From contig OX597814.1 of assembly GCA_951406725.2 (NCBI GenBank), positions 168,826,001 to 168,890,000 of the forward strand: DNA of 64,000 nucleotides. The letters are read 5' to 3'. Of the stretch, positions 25,863-38,609 are shown piece by piece. The notes beneath the pieces are model-generated. The model saw only the letters and a program-made list of their open reading frames with translations, searched no databases and had not been told where the DNA came from. Position 1 is the first letter of the stretch, and each line of letters opens with the position of its first letter. Position numbers and translations under genes: made by a program. The DNA comes from Octopus vulgaris (Eukaryota).

Positions 25863-26416
25863 ATGATAATAATAATGGTTTCAAATTTCAGTAGAAGGCC
25901 AACAGTTTTAGAGAGTAGGTGTCAGTCAATTACATTGATCCAAGTGCTCAACTGGTATTTATTTTATCAATCTGAAAAGGATAGACAGCAAAGTCAAACC
26001 TAGGTGGAATTTGAACTCAGAATGTGAAGAGCCTGAAGAACTAATAATAACAATTTTTTCTACTAAAGGCACAAAACCAGAAATTTTAAAGGGAGTGGGT
26101 AAATTGATTACATCGACTCCAGTGGTTATCTGGTACTTAATTTGTCAACCCAAAAAGGATGAAAGGCAAAGCTGACCTCAGCAGGATTTAAGCTCAGAAT
26201 GTAAAGAGTCAGAAGAAATGCCACCAAGCATTTCTTTTTCTGGTGTGCAAATGATTCTGGCAACTCACTGCCTTAATGACGGTCACTCCTGTCGAAAAGG
26301 ACATATGAATGTTTGAAGGAAAGAAAAGAATAAAAGAAAAAAGATCAAAAAGTAATAGTGCTGCAGAATGTAATTTGAGTTCAGGTATGGAGTTTGCTAT
26401 GAAGTCACAATGGGGG

Positions 26417-26828
26417 CTCTCTTTTACTCTTTTAATTGTTTCAGTCATTTGACTGCGGCCATGCTTGAGCACCGCCTTTAATCGAGCAACTCGACCCCGG
26501 GACTTATTCTTTTGTAAGCCCAGTACTTATTCTATCGGTCTCTTTTGCCGAACCGCTAAGTGACGGGGACATAAACACACCAGCATCGGTTGTCAAGCAA
26601 TGCTAGGGGACAAACACAGACACACAAACACACACACGCATACACATATATATATATACATATATACGACGGGCTTCTTTCAGTTTCCGTCTACCAAATT
26701 CACTTACAAGGCTTTGGTCGGCCCGAGGCTATAGTAGAAGGCACTTACCCAAGGTGCCACGCAGTGAGACTGAACCCGGAACCATGTGGTTGGTAGACAA
26801 ACTACTTACCACACAGCCACTCCTGCGC
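26417..26828 (-). mobile_element. SINE family B, full length, young
   Basis: Near-identical to 43216-43616. Confidence 0.9.
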
Positions 26829-27499
26829 AATGATGATTTTAATTTTACCCCAGAACTGGAAAAAATGTGCCTGTTGATTACAGGATATAATTCTTTTATT
26901 GTTCTGTTTCTTCAACTCAAATTATTTAGTTGCATGATGATGATGATGATAAATTTCTAAGATAGGCACAATTCAACATTTTTAATGGAGAGAAGAGGTA
27001 TAATCAGTCATAAGTCAACAATTTTGCCATACCATCCACTGAAAGCAAATGTATATTTAACAATAATAATAATAATATAATTAGCACCTATATTTTACTT
27101 AGTTATTATCTGATCTAACATATTGCCAGAATCAGTAAAGAGATAACGCAAAATATGTAAATACTTCAGAAAAAGAAACATAACTAAAAGACATTAGCAG
27201 AGATACAAGCATTATTATTGATTCAAAATAGTATACCAGAAGCTATTTTCTACTGTTTAAAGCACTAATATAATCATATATTAAGCACAGTAATGCTATT
27301 TTATAAGGAAATGGCTTATCTTTTTTTTCACTTTCTCAAGTCTATATGTATTTTTCTTAACAGTGTTTTTAAGTACAGTATGTATGTAAACAGTTTGACA
27401 TAAGCCAATAAAACTTACTAGAAAGAGAAATTATTTTTAAAAGAATTTAATTTTTTTTTTATATATATGTGTTTTTAAATCTAGTTAATTTAAACAGTT

Positions 27500-28360
27500 T
27501 AAATATAATATTGGTGACATTTTTATCATATCAGACCACTGACCAGCTATAGCATCTTGACATCTCTCACTAGCATCAAATAATATCAAGAAAACAAAGA
27601 AACCACCATATGACTGGCTTAAGCAACAAAAGATGATGAATCCATTAGCTTTACACAATATCAAGCACACAGCAGGAGACATCCTGCAGTGCTTCTTACA
27701 GATACAGCTTATGCTGAGGACTTATTATCTGAAAGTATTGCTAGTTGAGTACTGTGTTTCATAGATTGGCTTACATACAAAATGAAGCACATGGTTTACA
27801 ACAAAGAAGATAGCCACCTATTAACAATGAATGAATAAGTGTTGAAAAAAGTAGATGACATTTTAATATTTGAGCTTGTGGGTTGATACAAGTGAGAAAG
27901 ACATCAAGACTAGCATTGCTAAAGTATGGTCAGCTTTGTCAATGATGGACACCATGTGGAAATCAAATCTAAAGAGATCTTAAGATTAGCTTATTTCAAG
28001 TGGCAATAGAACTTGAGTTCTTATATAGATACCCAACACAAACTCTACGGCATAAGAAGGAAAACTATAAAGAACATACAAAAGACTTCTCAAACCATTT
28101 AACATCAAATGGCAATCCCACACAACAAACCAGGTTCTTTATGGTAATCTTGGAAGATCTATCTCCACTATAATAGAAAGAAGACCAAAATTCTGTGGAC
28201 TCTGGCAAGGATGAAGTAGTGATGTAGGGACCAACACAAGGAAAGCAATCTAGTAGTCACCCTGCTAAGAAATTTATTGACCAACTGGTTGAAAACATGG
28301 GTTTACTGAAGAGTGATCCACCAAGAGAGGGAATTCTGGAGATAAGTGGCTGATGGTGAT
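27500..28360 (+). pseudogene. Highly degenerate RTE-like LINE RT region
   Basis: DTAYAEDL (YADD-like) at about 27701-27724 and C-terminal HPAKKFIDQLVEN at about 28258-28296. Many stops and indels. Confidence 0.5.
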
Positions 28361-28795
28361 TGTATATGGATGATGCAGGAATACGTTGTCACACCAACTG
28401 CTTATGTGCACATTATAAAATGAACCCTGGCATAATGTTAACAATATCTTTTAGGTCAAGTTAGTTAACCAAACCACTTCCTTGCAATACTTCTGTATAA
28501 TATAGAAACACAGAAAACGACCCCACAAAGCATTTCCTTGAAGTGCCCATGAACTGTCAGTAGCAATGAGATCATTTAGAAAGTAGTGAAATGGATATCT
28601 CCACACATATTGCCTTTGTAGTTTACTAGAAATAACAGCTAAATCTCCCCAAATTACATGCAGACTACTATCTTAAAAAGAAAAAAAATCTCAAAAAACA
28701 CAGGGTAATGTAGTCCCAGATATATATATATATATATTCCAATGGGTGAATGAATTATCCTATGTTTACTGTTAACATGGAAAATTCAATGAACT

Positions 28796-28877
28796 GTTAC
28801 CTGATGAGAAGATTGCATCTTACACCGTTTATTCCTTTGGAATAAAACCATGTTGTCTTTGAAATATATATCGAAAG
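28796..28877 (+). ncRNA. Type-I hammerhead ribozyme motif (Penelope-like)
   Basis: gttac-CUGAUGA-gaagat..tttattcc ttt ggaataaa..gtcttt-GAAA-tatata-UC-gaaag. Core intact, palindromic stem III, eroded stem I. Confidence 0.65.
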
Positions 28878-29684
28878 TAAAAGTATTTTACTAACATCTT
28901 CGTTCAACTCCATTTATTTATTTATTCATCTATATATATATGTATAAGGGTTGGTTAACTAAATGCTGTTCCTACTATAGCTGTAGGTGGACCAATGCTT
29001 TGTGGGTGAATTTGGTAGGTGGAAACTGTGTGGGAGCTCATTGTGTGTATGTATATATTGGTGTTTGTCTTCCCCAACATTTGACAACCAGCAGTGGGTT
29101 GTTTACGTCCCTGTAACAGTGTGGTTCGGCAAAAGAGACCTGAGAGAATAAATAGCAGCCGAATCAAAACATGAATCACAACCTACTCTTTAAAAATAAA
29201 AGGAATAAAGGTAATGTAGTCCTAGATATCCCCTACCAAGAGGGATGGTGAAAGATGAAATGCTTTCGCATATACAATGACAACATCATTTACCAACAAG
29301 ACAAATTCATTTTATACTGACATTAGCAAAGAGAACTGCAAGTAGTTAAAATGATATGGCTTGCAAATAAAGCAGAAAGAGAGAGAGCCACATTGTCTAA
29401 TAGATGACTGACTGCTGGTTAGTTGTATACATAATGTCATTGATTAAATACTCTTGCCAGTTGATGCCCTGTGCCATGCTTACTGGGCTTTCCCTACATC
29501 TCTAGCCATGCGTGGCTGTGGACAGCATTGCTAATATATATATATGAAGAACTCTACTTAGCAGCCCTACTCAGGAGACATCATTAACTCTGGAACAAGT
29601 GTTCCCACTATGTAAAGCCAATTTATAGCTCCGAATAGCATATATCAAAACCTCACAGCTTACACACTCCCTCACATATATTAA

Positions 29685-29907
29685 CCCTTTAGTGTTTGCA
29701 TTATTCTACCAAATTTAATGCTTTTTTCATCCACATTGTTTTGAACTAATCATGAATTATCTTGTAGCTATGAGATTTTGATGGGGTAGCTGTTAATTTT
29801 TAAAACGATATTGTAGGGTTGGTGTAAGAGACCAGATTTTTGCCAGTTTGAACATAAAACTGGCAGAATGCTTTTGGCCGGATATGGCCAGTTTACATGC
29901 TAAAGGG
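29685..29907. mobile_element. piggyBac-type MITE family 2
   Basis: TTAA|CCCTTTAG...CTAAAGGG|TTGA. Confidence 0.8.
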
Positions 29908-29959
29908 TTGAAATAGATAGGATAAGGTAGGGAAATGCACATGACATTTGCAAGTCAGC

Positions 29960-30520
29960 CTAAACTGGTGAAATTGATGGAGTTGACGTTTAGCTTGAAT
30001 ATCTCTGGGCCAGCATTTGTAAGAAAATTATGAATGAGGAAGTGATTCCAGAGTTTTTTGGTTCTGGAGATAGATAGAAGACTGTGTGAAGTCTGGAATG
30101 TGAGACTCGGTAAAAGTGATAAAAGTAATGAGAAACAGTTTACATGCATAACTTGTGTGGAGAGGGTATGCAACTAGTGAGTTCAGAGAAGCTGAGGTCA
30201 TTATAGCAGGCACAGAGGAAGCAGAGAGAAGTAATGCATCTGTGAGCTGATGACTGGAATATGTTGGTGAAGGATTCTTTGTTAATTAACTGATTGGCCT
30301 TGTTTTACATGAAATCTAGGATGTCTGTTTCTGGGTTGCCAGTAGCAGCAGAGCCTATCAGATGTATGCAGTATTTCAATGTGGGTCTCTTTATATGTCA
30401 AGAATACCAGAGTTAAAGCATTAGACATTATCAATCCGTTCTCTTTTGGGTGGTTAAAATGACAACTACTGATTTCTTTTCCAGCTATAGCATCTGTAAA
30501 AACCATTTTATATCATTAAG
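29960..30520 (-). pseudogene. Degenerate CR1/L2/Jockey-like LINE 3' fragment
   Basis: Translated SRTKKLWN and a frameshifted SLP resemble the SFF.RT..LWN.LP motif after the RT domain. Confidence 0.4.
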
Positions 30521-30919
30521 AGCTGTTTGGCATGGGAGGAAAAACAAATTAACAAAGAAACAAAACCTAGCAATAAGAAAAAGTAAATAACTAATTACAA
30601 ATCCCTTTAACATGCCTTAACTCCTCTGTAAACTATGTTTCTAATGAAATAATACACAACCCATGTGTTTTAATTAATTATTTAAATAATTTTGAATATA
30701 GAAGTGTTAACAAATGTAGCTAACTCCTCCATCATCAAAGTGTCACTTGAAACATAATGAAAGGTTCTTTCTTAGAATTATGAATGAAGGTGTGGCCGTG
30801 TGGTAAGAAGCTTGCTTTCCAACTACATGATATTAGGTTCACTCCCATTGCATGGCATCTTGGGAAAGTGTGTTTGGCAGAGAAACTCAATGACATGCAT
30901 GTGTGTGTGCATATATATA

Positions 30920-31182
30920 GGTTTACGAAAATAAACAAAAGACGAAGGCAGGTGGAGTACAAACAAACAAATGTATTAGTATGGCGCTCAGGAATAGAAA
31001 TAGAACAAGTCTTTTACGTTTCGAGCCTATGCTCTTCGACAGAAAGATACACAGAAAAGAAACAAGAAACAAGGAGAGAAAAAAATGCGTGTAGGAGATA
31101 ACGGTCTATCATGGCATTCTGACTTCATATATATATATATAGGGGAAGAGTTCACGAAAAAAAACAAAAGACAGGTGGTGTA
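30920..31182 (-). mobile_element. Penelope-like terminal repeat (full plus partial tandem copy) with variant hammerhead (31010-31047)
   Basis: Minus strand: tcttt-CUGUCGA-a-gagc atag gctc-GAAA-cg-UA-aaaga. Homologous to 13658-13844; a partial second copy lies at 31141-31182. Confidence 0.7.
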
Positions 31183-32425
31183 TATATATACACATACAGG
31201 GTGGCCCAAAAATAGGTTTACAGTTATTCAACTATCTCTTTCACATTCATATATTAACAGTTTAGATCTTAATTATAATAAAAATATGAAACCATTAATC
31301 TATGCTAATTTAGTTAATTTTGTCAGGATCCCTTTTTCAGTTTGTAAGATAGAAATTTAAATGTAAGAAAATGCTCTAAAAGAAATTTCATGTGCCTATG
31401 TGATAACTGTAAATCTACTTTTAGGTCACCCACCTCTTCCTCCTCATCATCATCGTTTAATATCTGCTTTCCATGCTGGCATGGGTTGGACGGTTTCACT
31501 GAAGACTGGTGAACCAGAGGTTGCACCAGGCTCAATCTGTACATATGTGTGTGTGTGGATATATATATATATATATACACATATATGTGGATATATATAT
31601 ATATATGTTTGTTTCCAAGTGCATGTGTTACTGTCCCTTTGGCTTTGCATGATAGTTGTAAACAAGTGTCACTGTCAGGCAAGCAGTGTCCTTTGCTTCT
31701 AAATATTCTGTGGAATTATGGCCATTGGGAAATATCACCTTACCTGGAAGCAAGTGAGGGTTTGCAATTCCATCTGATGCGCACAAGCATGGACGAGTGG
31801 ATGTTAAAACAATGACAGTGATGATGATTTAAATATAAACACTTTCAGATGCACGCAATTTTTGGTACCCCAGTTCCAAAGCCAGCCTTAAGTCAGTTGC
31901 TATCAAAGGAATTAAGGGACACTTTATGTTAATATTAGTTTCAAATTTCGGCACAAGGCCAGCAATTTCAGATGAGGGGGTAAGTTGATTATATTAACCC
32001 CAGTACTCTCAACTGGTATTTATTTTATCAACCTCAAAAAGATGGAAGGCAAAATTGATCTTAGTGGAATTTGAACTCAGAATGTAAGGAGAGACTAACA
32101 ATTCTGCCAGCTCACCACTTTATATGTTACTGTCATCAATTAGAATTTACAGGAAATCTCATATCAGACGCAGACATTCAAAATTTTCTCAATAGAATGT
32201 AATGTCATATATTATATACTTGCATATCACAATAATCAACATTAGAGTATTTCTTTTTTTCTTTCTATTTTTTTGGATAATTTTATATGCTTTCTTTAAA
32301 CTTGTTTTATTAAACTGTTAAATATGTCTAATTGGTTAGTAGATAAGAGGAAAACTAATTTAAATGTTTTGAAAAAAATTCTTCGAAGTTATATACTTGC
32401 CAACTAATATCAGAGTTCTCTTTAA

Positions 32426-32946
32426 TGATTATTCATATTATGTTAACTTATTCTAATTAATTATTTAATTTTTTTTTTAATTGTAATTTGATTACACACA
32501 TAAATATATAGAATTTGTAACTACTGTTTGATCTATGGAGAATTTCCAAAGTAATTATCATTTTATATATGTTAACAAGAAAACTATGGTAATTGAGACA
32601 CATTTTCAGACTGGCAACTTCATATATTCTGTTTTTTAGTTTTTGTGAAACTTAATATTATTAACAATTTATAAACATTATCTTGATCAACAATAAGTGT
32701 TTTTAAAGTAGACACACAGCCTGAAATTTGGGATGGAGGAGGTCAGTCAATTAAGCCAAGCCCAGTATATGACTGATACTTAATTTTATTGGCCATGCAG
32801 GAATGAAAAGCAAAGATAATCTCATGAGGATTTGAACTCAGAGTCTTGAGAGCCAGAACCAATACGGCAATCAATATGTGTAATCAAATAATAATACAAA
32901 AAAAAAATTAATTAATTAGAATAAGTTAACATAATATGAATAATCA
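32426..32946. repeat. Long-spacer inverted repeat
   Basis: Perfect 38-bp IR 32426-32463/32909-32946, plus a 13-bp inner IR 32486-32498/32877-32889. Confidence 0.85.
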
Positions 32947-33027
32947 ACAACTTTGCAACCTATTGTCCTTTTATTATTATAAAGTGAAAAGTTCATTTTA
33001 AAGGAACCTCTTTGGTGAAACTACCAA

Positions 33028-33065
<38 letters not shown>

Positions 33066-33173
33066 GATGTATAAGTGGGTGCTCCTTGATACTTGATGTA
33101 GTTAGTATGAACCCAGATAATACCTAGGTACTCATATGGTACCTACCAGGATAATTTATCTCTATATACTCAT

Positions 33174-33244
<71 letters not shown>

Positions 33245-33886
33245 CTTATACTGATATGTTTTGGGGCCTTACACACATAAATATATATATATGTAATGGA
33301 TAATACTAGATAGCTTCAATGGTAAAATAATATTCATTAAAGTTATATATTTTTAAAGTGAGACTTGGCTACCCTTGCAAAGAAATCCTTTTAGACTTAA
33401 GCCAGAGCAACTGGTGTTAATATCAACAAGGAACACACCATTGTTCACTCACACACACAAATGGTTTCTGGTGGTTGAGATTGATAATGCATCTGTACAT
33501 GTATGTACAGGCCAGAGTGAAATTGTTGAAGAGGACTGGCAGTGGCCCCTGCATGCAAGTTTATCTTTTCCATGCAGTTGATGTTTATCCAAAAGAAAGG
33601 CCACTGACCAGGGCCAATACAGCCTGGAGCCAGTGTCGTTGTAGGCATTGCTGTAAGAACATAGATTCTGCAAAACATCTCACCTAGTCCTCAAGCACTG
33701 GCAGAAAACATAACTGATTCTATCTCTCTCTGATGTCATAGATTATTTGTGCACCTTTCACCCTAACTTGACTCAGAAGCTCACCTGTAAGTGGTTGAAT
33801 GTTTCAATGTGATGAAGAAGACATTAACTTCTTTCGAGAGTTACACATGTACCCACAGCTATTCAAATTGCTATCACCTGCTACAA

Positions 33887-34054
33887 GAGGAAGGAGGGAG
33901 TGAGGGAAGGAGGAGAAGAAGAATGAGGAGGAGGAGGAGAAGAATGAGGAGGAGGAGGAGAAGAAGAAGGGGAAGGAGGAGAAGGAGAAGAAGAAGAAGA
34001 AGAAGAAGAAGAAGAAGAAGAAGAAGAAGAAGAAGAAGAATGAAAGAAGAAGAA
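33887..34054. repeat. Polypurine (GGA)n/(GAA)n microsatellite
   Basis: About 165-bp almost pure purine tract with more than 15 GAA units. Confidence 0.95.
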
Positions 34055-34723
34055 GTTTATATGTAGAATTCTTTGTGGGTTTTTCAAGAGAACTGAAACA
34101 AGATACAATAGGTAAGACCAATAAGAACAAAATATAATTTATATCTACAAGGTGTAATGCAATCTTTGAAGCCATTCCCAGTTCCTATTCCTCAGATAAT
34201 GTTCCATCTTCACTCTTATAACTCCTCCTTTAATTCCAACATCTATGCAAACAACTGCAGTATCAGTAGGCAAGACAATGCAAAAAAAAAAAAAAAATGG
34301 ACAAAACATTATAAACAACTTTAATAGTATTTCTAATATTCATATAATAAAATACTGTTTAATGATGTTAAATTACATTATTGTGTTGTACTGCGATATA
34401 GCTGTAGTGTAGGAACTCTTTTTAATAGTTCTGAGTGCAGTATTCAGTATTGGCAAGAGTAATTTTGAACTTTTTCAGAGAAGGTTGAAGAAACCTTGAC
34501 AGATCTAAAAATTATCATGTTCTAAACAAAATAGAAATGTTTAAAATCCAAAATTAAAGATGCCTCTCCCCCACTTAACAACAAGAACATCAACATAAAA
34601 AAAGATATGTAATATTGAAACCAAGAAAAAAAAAATTATAAAAAAAAAAGAGAATCTGCCCATAAAAAATCTGCCTCAAAAGATTCTGTCTGAAGTATTC
34701 AAGCATGGAAAAGTGGACATTAA

Positions 34724-35356
34724 CCCTTTGTGTGCTGGTGGGGTCCCCAGGGACCCCAGCAAAGTTTAAAAGTTATGCAACTTTTACATTTTTATTCAAC
34801 TGATTTTATATCTCATGACTTTTATTATCAATAGTTTATGTATGCACGTACAAGTTTTGAGTTAAAAATTTCCAGTCACATGAATGTTATAACATAAAAG
34901 TATGGTCATTAAAATGTGGTCATTGGGGTCCAACTTGACCCCACTGGCCTTTATTTTCTTCTTTCTTTTTTCAGATATTCTGATGAACTATAAGTCAATT
35001 TTCTTTGTATTTGTACTGGTATGAATCGATATACTAAATAATTTTGTTTTATTTTATATTTAGTGCTACATATATATAGTTTATGAAACTATAAAAAAAT
35101 GTTGATTTATTTCAATAAAGGTTTTTTTTTTCAGTCAATAGATTATATTTTAATTCCTCTCCATTAAACACTAATAATTACAAATATATACTTATAAGTG
35201 CTAAATTTCTTGTTCTGTATCATGCACTCACACATATATACAAAATTAAACAAATATTACTTTATGGACAGTGCAGAAATGCCCAAAAATAAAAAAGGGT
35301 CCCTCAGGACCCCAATGGCCTTTTGTGCAATTTCAACCCTGCCTGCCTATGAAGGG
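34724..35356. mobile_element. Non-autonomous piggyBac-like element with GGGTC..GACCCC subterminal palindromes
   Basis: TTAA|CCCTT...AAGGG|TTAA. Palindromic motifs at about 34740, 34925 and 35297. It splits an RTE tail (gcatggaaaagtggacattaa|aggataataatgatgatg). Confidence 0.8.
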
Positions 35357-36669
35357 TTAAAGGATAATAATGATGATGGCTTCTTCATGGTAATATTCTA
35401 ACAACGAAAGTTTCTCATAAACTTCCATACACCAGATTCAGATTGAATGACTGAATATTTCTGGCCTGGTTATAATGCATGTAATCGTAAATCTGGAGCT
35501 AGACAACAATAATATCGATCCAAATCAAACATGAAAGTAATCAAATGCCACTTGGTAGGTAAGTAACTTGCATGAAAATATTAGTTTTTTATTTTAGTGA
35601 AACCTTAACTAAGACTATCTAGTCATTCATTGCTGCTTTCATACAACATACTCATCATCATATAATTTTGTTGTTCTCTCAATATTTTATTTTTCTATTT
35701 ACTTTTTTCTCAGACAGGAAACCACATTTCATTAGAAATACAGTTTACCTGTAACTATATTTCACTACTTATTTCAAATGAAATTCATTACCTGTGTGTT
35801 TGAATTAATTTCTGTTTTGATGTAGCAGTGAGAAAAAAAACAAAACAAAACAAAAAAAATCCCAAGAATTTGGAATGATATAGTCAAAATAACTTACCAT
35901 TACTAAGATAGTGTACAAAATATAGCATTCTTATGTAAAATTATGAAGGAAGGCTTTTATTTAAATACAGGCACTTTAAGACTGTTGTACCTCTCAGAAT
36001 GTGAGACAGTTTTAAGTTGGTTAGTCTGAAAATGTTTTATAAAAATGTGTTCATTCAATGACTCTGCCTTCTATCATATTCTGACATACACACCAATTTA
36101 ATAACTTGGAATTATGAATAGAATTTCTTTTATATTTCCTCATAATAGTAGCTGGGATTCCTTTCATTGACAATTTGCCACAATAAAAGATTGGTGAAAT
36201 GATCATGTGACTGTGTTTACATATTTGGTGGAGTCATAAACTACTGGAAATTGTCTAGTGATGAGCAAACTGAATATAAAGACAGCGATCAGTGCACTCT
36301 AACCATAAGCATACAGATATGTACAAACATGTACATACATAAGCACAGGGGTGTTTACATAATATACATCTTTTTATTGGTTGTATACATAATATATTTC
36401 TTTTATTGGTTTCAGACAGTGGACAGCAGTAAAGTTGGGAGAACAACTGTCAGAGGTTCTTAGTTGGTAATGTCAATCCTAGTGCATATTTCAAATATTT
36501 ATTTCATTCATCTTGATATATTTAACTGTTAAGTTACAGACAACAAAGAAGGCAACATAAACACATACACACACAAACAAAAAAACTGGCTTCTGCATAG
36601 TCTCCCCAATACCAAATTCCACTCATAAGGTACTCAATCCAAGGTTGCAGTAGAAGACACTTGCTAAGG

Positions 36670-36968
36670 TCTGTTTGTTTGTTTGTTCCTTCTCGAGCCA
36701 TGCCTGTCTCATAAGGGCCGGTTTCCTGGTTTCTTGGCATATAGGTTCCCCACCTGGACGGGACGCCGGTCCATTGCAAGTGAGCTGCAAGATGTAGGAG
36801 GAAAGAGTGAGAGAAAGTTGTGGCGAAAGAGTCAGCAGAAGTTTCGCCATTACCTTCTGCCGGAGCCGCGTGGAGCTTAGGTGTTTCGCTCATAAACACA
36901 CACATCACCCGGTCTGAGATTCAAACCCGCGATCCCTCTGCTCTAACCACTAGGCCATGTGCCTCCAA
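36670..36968 (-). mobile_element. SINE family C variant nested in a SINE B fragment
   Basis: Shares the head and middle with 16520-16710 but has a different tail ending in (AAAC)n. Flanked by aaggt. Confidence 0.75.
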
Positions 36969-37321
36969 GGTGGCAAGCAGTGGGCTCTAACTTGTGACTA
37001 AACAATACGTATAAGCATGCACATACACGCACAAATATATATAAAAATCTCAAATATTTCTCTAGCCATCTTAGATCTGCAAGAACAGTTTACACCAGAC
37101 AAGAGTAACTTAATTTTTTTTTTTTTTGAGAAAGAAGCCACCTGAGACATGGCTCATCATTAAGCAGGCAGGCTGCATTACTAAAAGAATTCAATGTAAT
37201 TTTTATTGTCCCTGAATATTTTTGTTCTCATCATTTAAAGTAATATTATTGATTGTTTGGCATCCCAACGAGTTGGTCAGCTGCACTCTTAATGGATAGT
37301 CTAATCACACATAATGTAACA

Positions 37322-37356
<35 letters not shown>

Positions 37357-37359
<3 letters not shown>

Positions 37360-37600
37360 TTTTACTTTTTTCAGTCATTTGACTGTGACCATGCTGGAGC
37401 ACTGCCTTTAGTCGAACAAATCGGCCCCAGGACTTATTCTTTCTCAGACTGGTACTTATTCTATTGGTCTCTTTTGCTGAACTGCTAAGTTATGGAGACG
37501 TAACCACACTAACATCAGTTGTCAAGTGATGGTTGAGAGGGGGTGGGACAAACACAGACACACAAATACATGCATATCTGTCTATCTATCTATCTATCTA

Positions 37601-37655
<55 letters not shown>

Positions 37656-37811
37656 GATGGGTTTCTTTCAGTTTCCATCCACCAAATCCACTCACAAGGC
37701 TTTGGTTGGCCCGAGGCTATAGCAGAAGACACTTGCCCAAGGTGTCATGCAGTGGGACTGAACCCAGAACCATATTGTTGGGAAGCAAGCTTCTTACCAC
37801 ACAGCCATCCC

Positions 37812-37815
<4 letters not shown>
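37357..37815 (-). mobile_element. SINE family B
   Basis: Full-length reverse copy with expanded internal microsatellite. Confidence 0.85.
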
Positions 37816-37852
<37 letters not shown>

Positions 37853-38566
37853 ATACACACACATGTATATATATATAAAATAAAATACAAAATAAGACAA
37901 GAACGCAAAACATCCGGACAACTAGATGATACAAAAGGGGACAACAAAACATCCAGATAGATGATATAAAAAAAAACACGGATGGGTCATTCGAAACCTT
38001 TTATCTTCAGTCAAGAACTGGATCATCCTTGCAATTTCGGCTGATTAATCTTGATATATGATGATGATGAAGGTCTCTCATCAGAGAAACAGTGTTTTGC
38101 AATCTCTTGCTGAACAAGCTACACAAATGATTTGTTTATAGTGATCAGCTCATTTCCTCCATCAAATTAATGTTGCCTGAACAGGTGTATGGTGTACCAT
38201 GCCTCAGGTGTGAAAGTGATCACAGAGCAATATGAGAGATGAAGTGTTTCGCTCAAGAACATAATGCACAATCCAGTACAGGAAATGAAACCGTGATCTC
38301 ATGATTGTGGGTGTAACACCTTAACTACAAGTTCATGCAACTTCATGCACATATACACATACACACAGTAAGAAACAGAGAGAGAAAATAGAGCCATAAA
38401 TAATGCCTATTATATCTGTGTATATATACATACATATATATACATATATATACATATATACACATACATATATATGCATATATACATACATACATATATA
38501 CATACACATATATATATTCACACACATATATATGTACACACACATACACACACAGACAAATGCACA

Positions 38567-38609
<43 letters not shown>

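Noticed and set aside
33791-34175. Poly-Arg / poly-Phe / poly-Ser ORFs (protamine-like)
   Set aside because: They are translations of the GAA/GGA microsatellite.
37980-38055. Further hammerhead-like remnants (also about 45622 and 14900)
   Set aside because: The core is incomplete or the stems are missing; too degraded to call.
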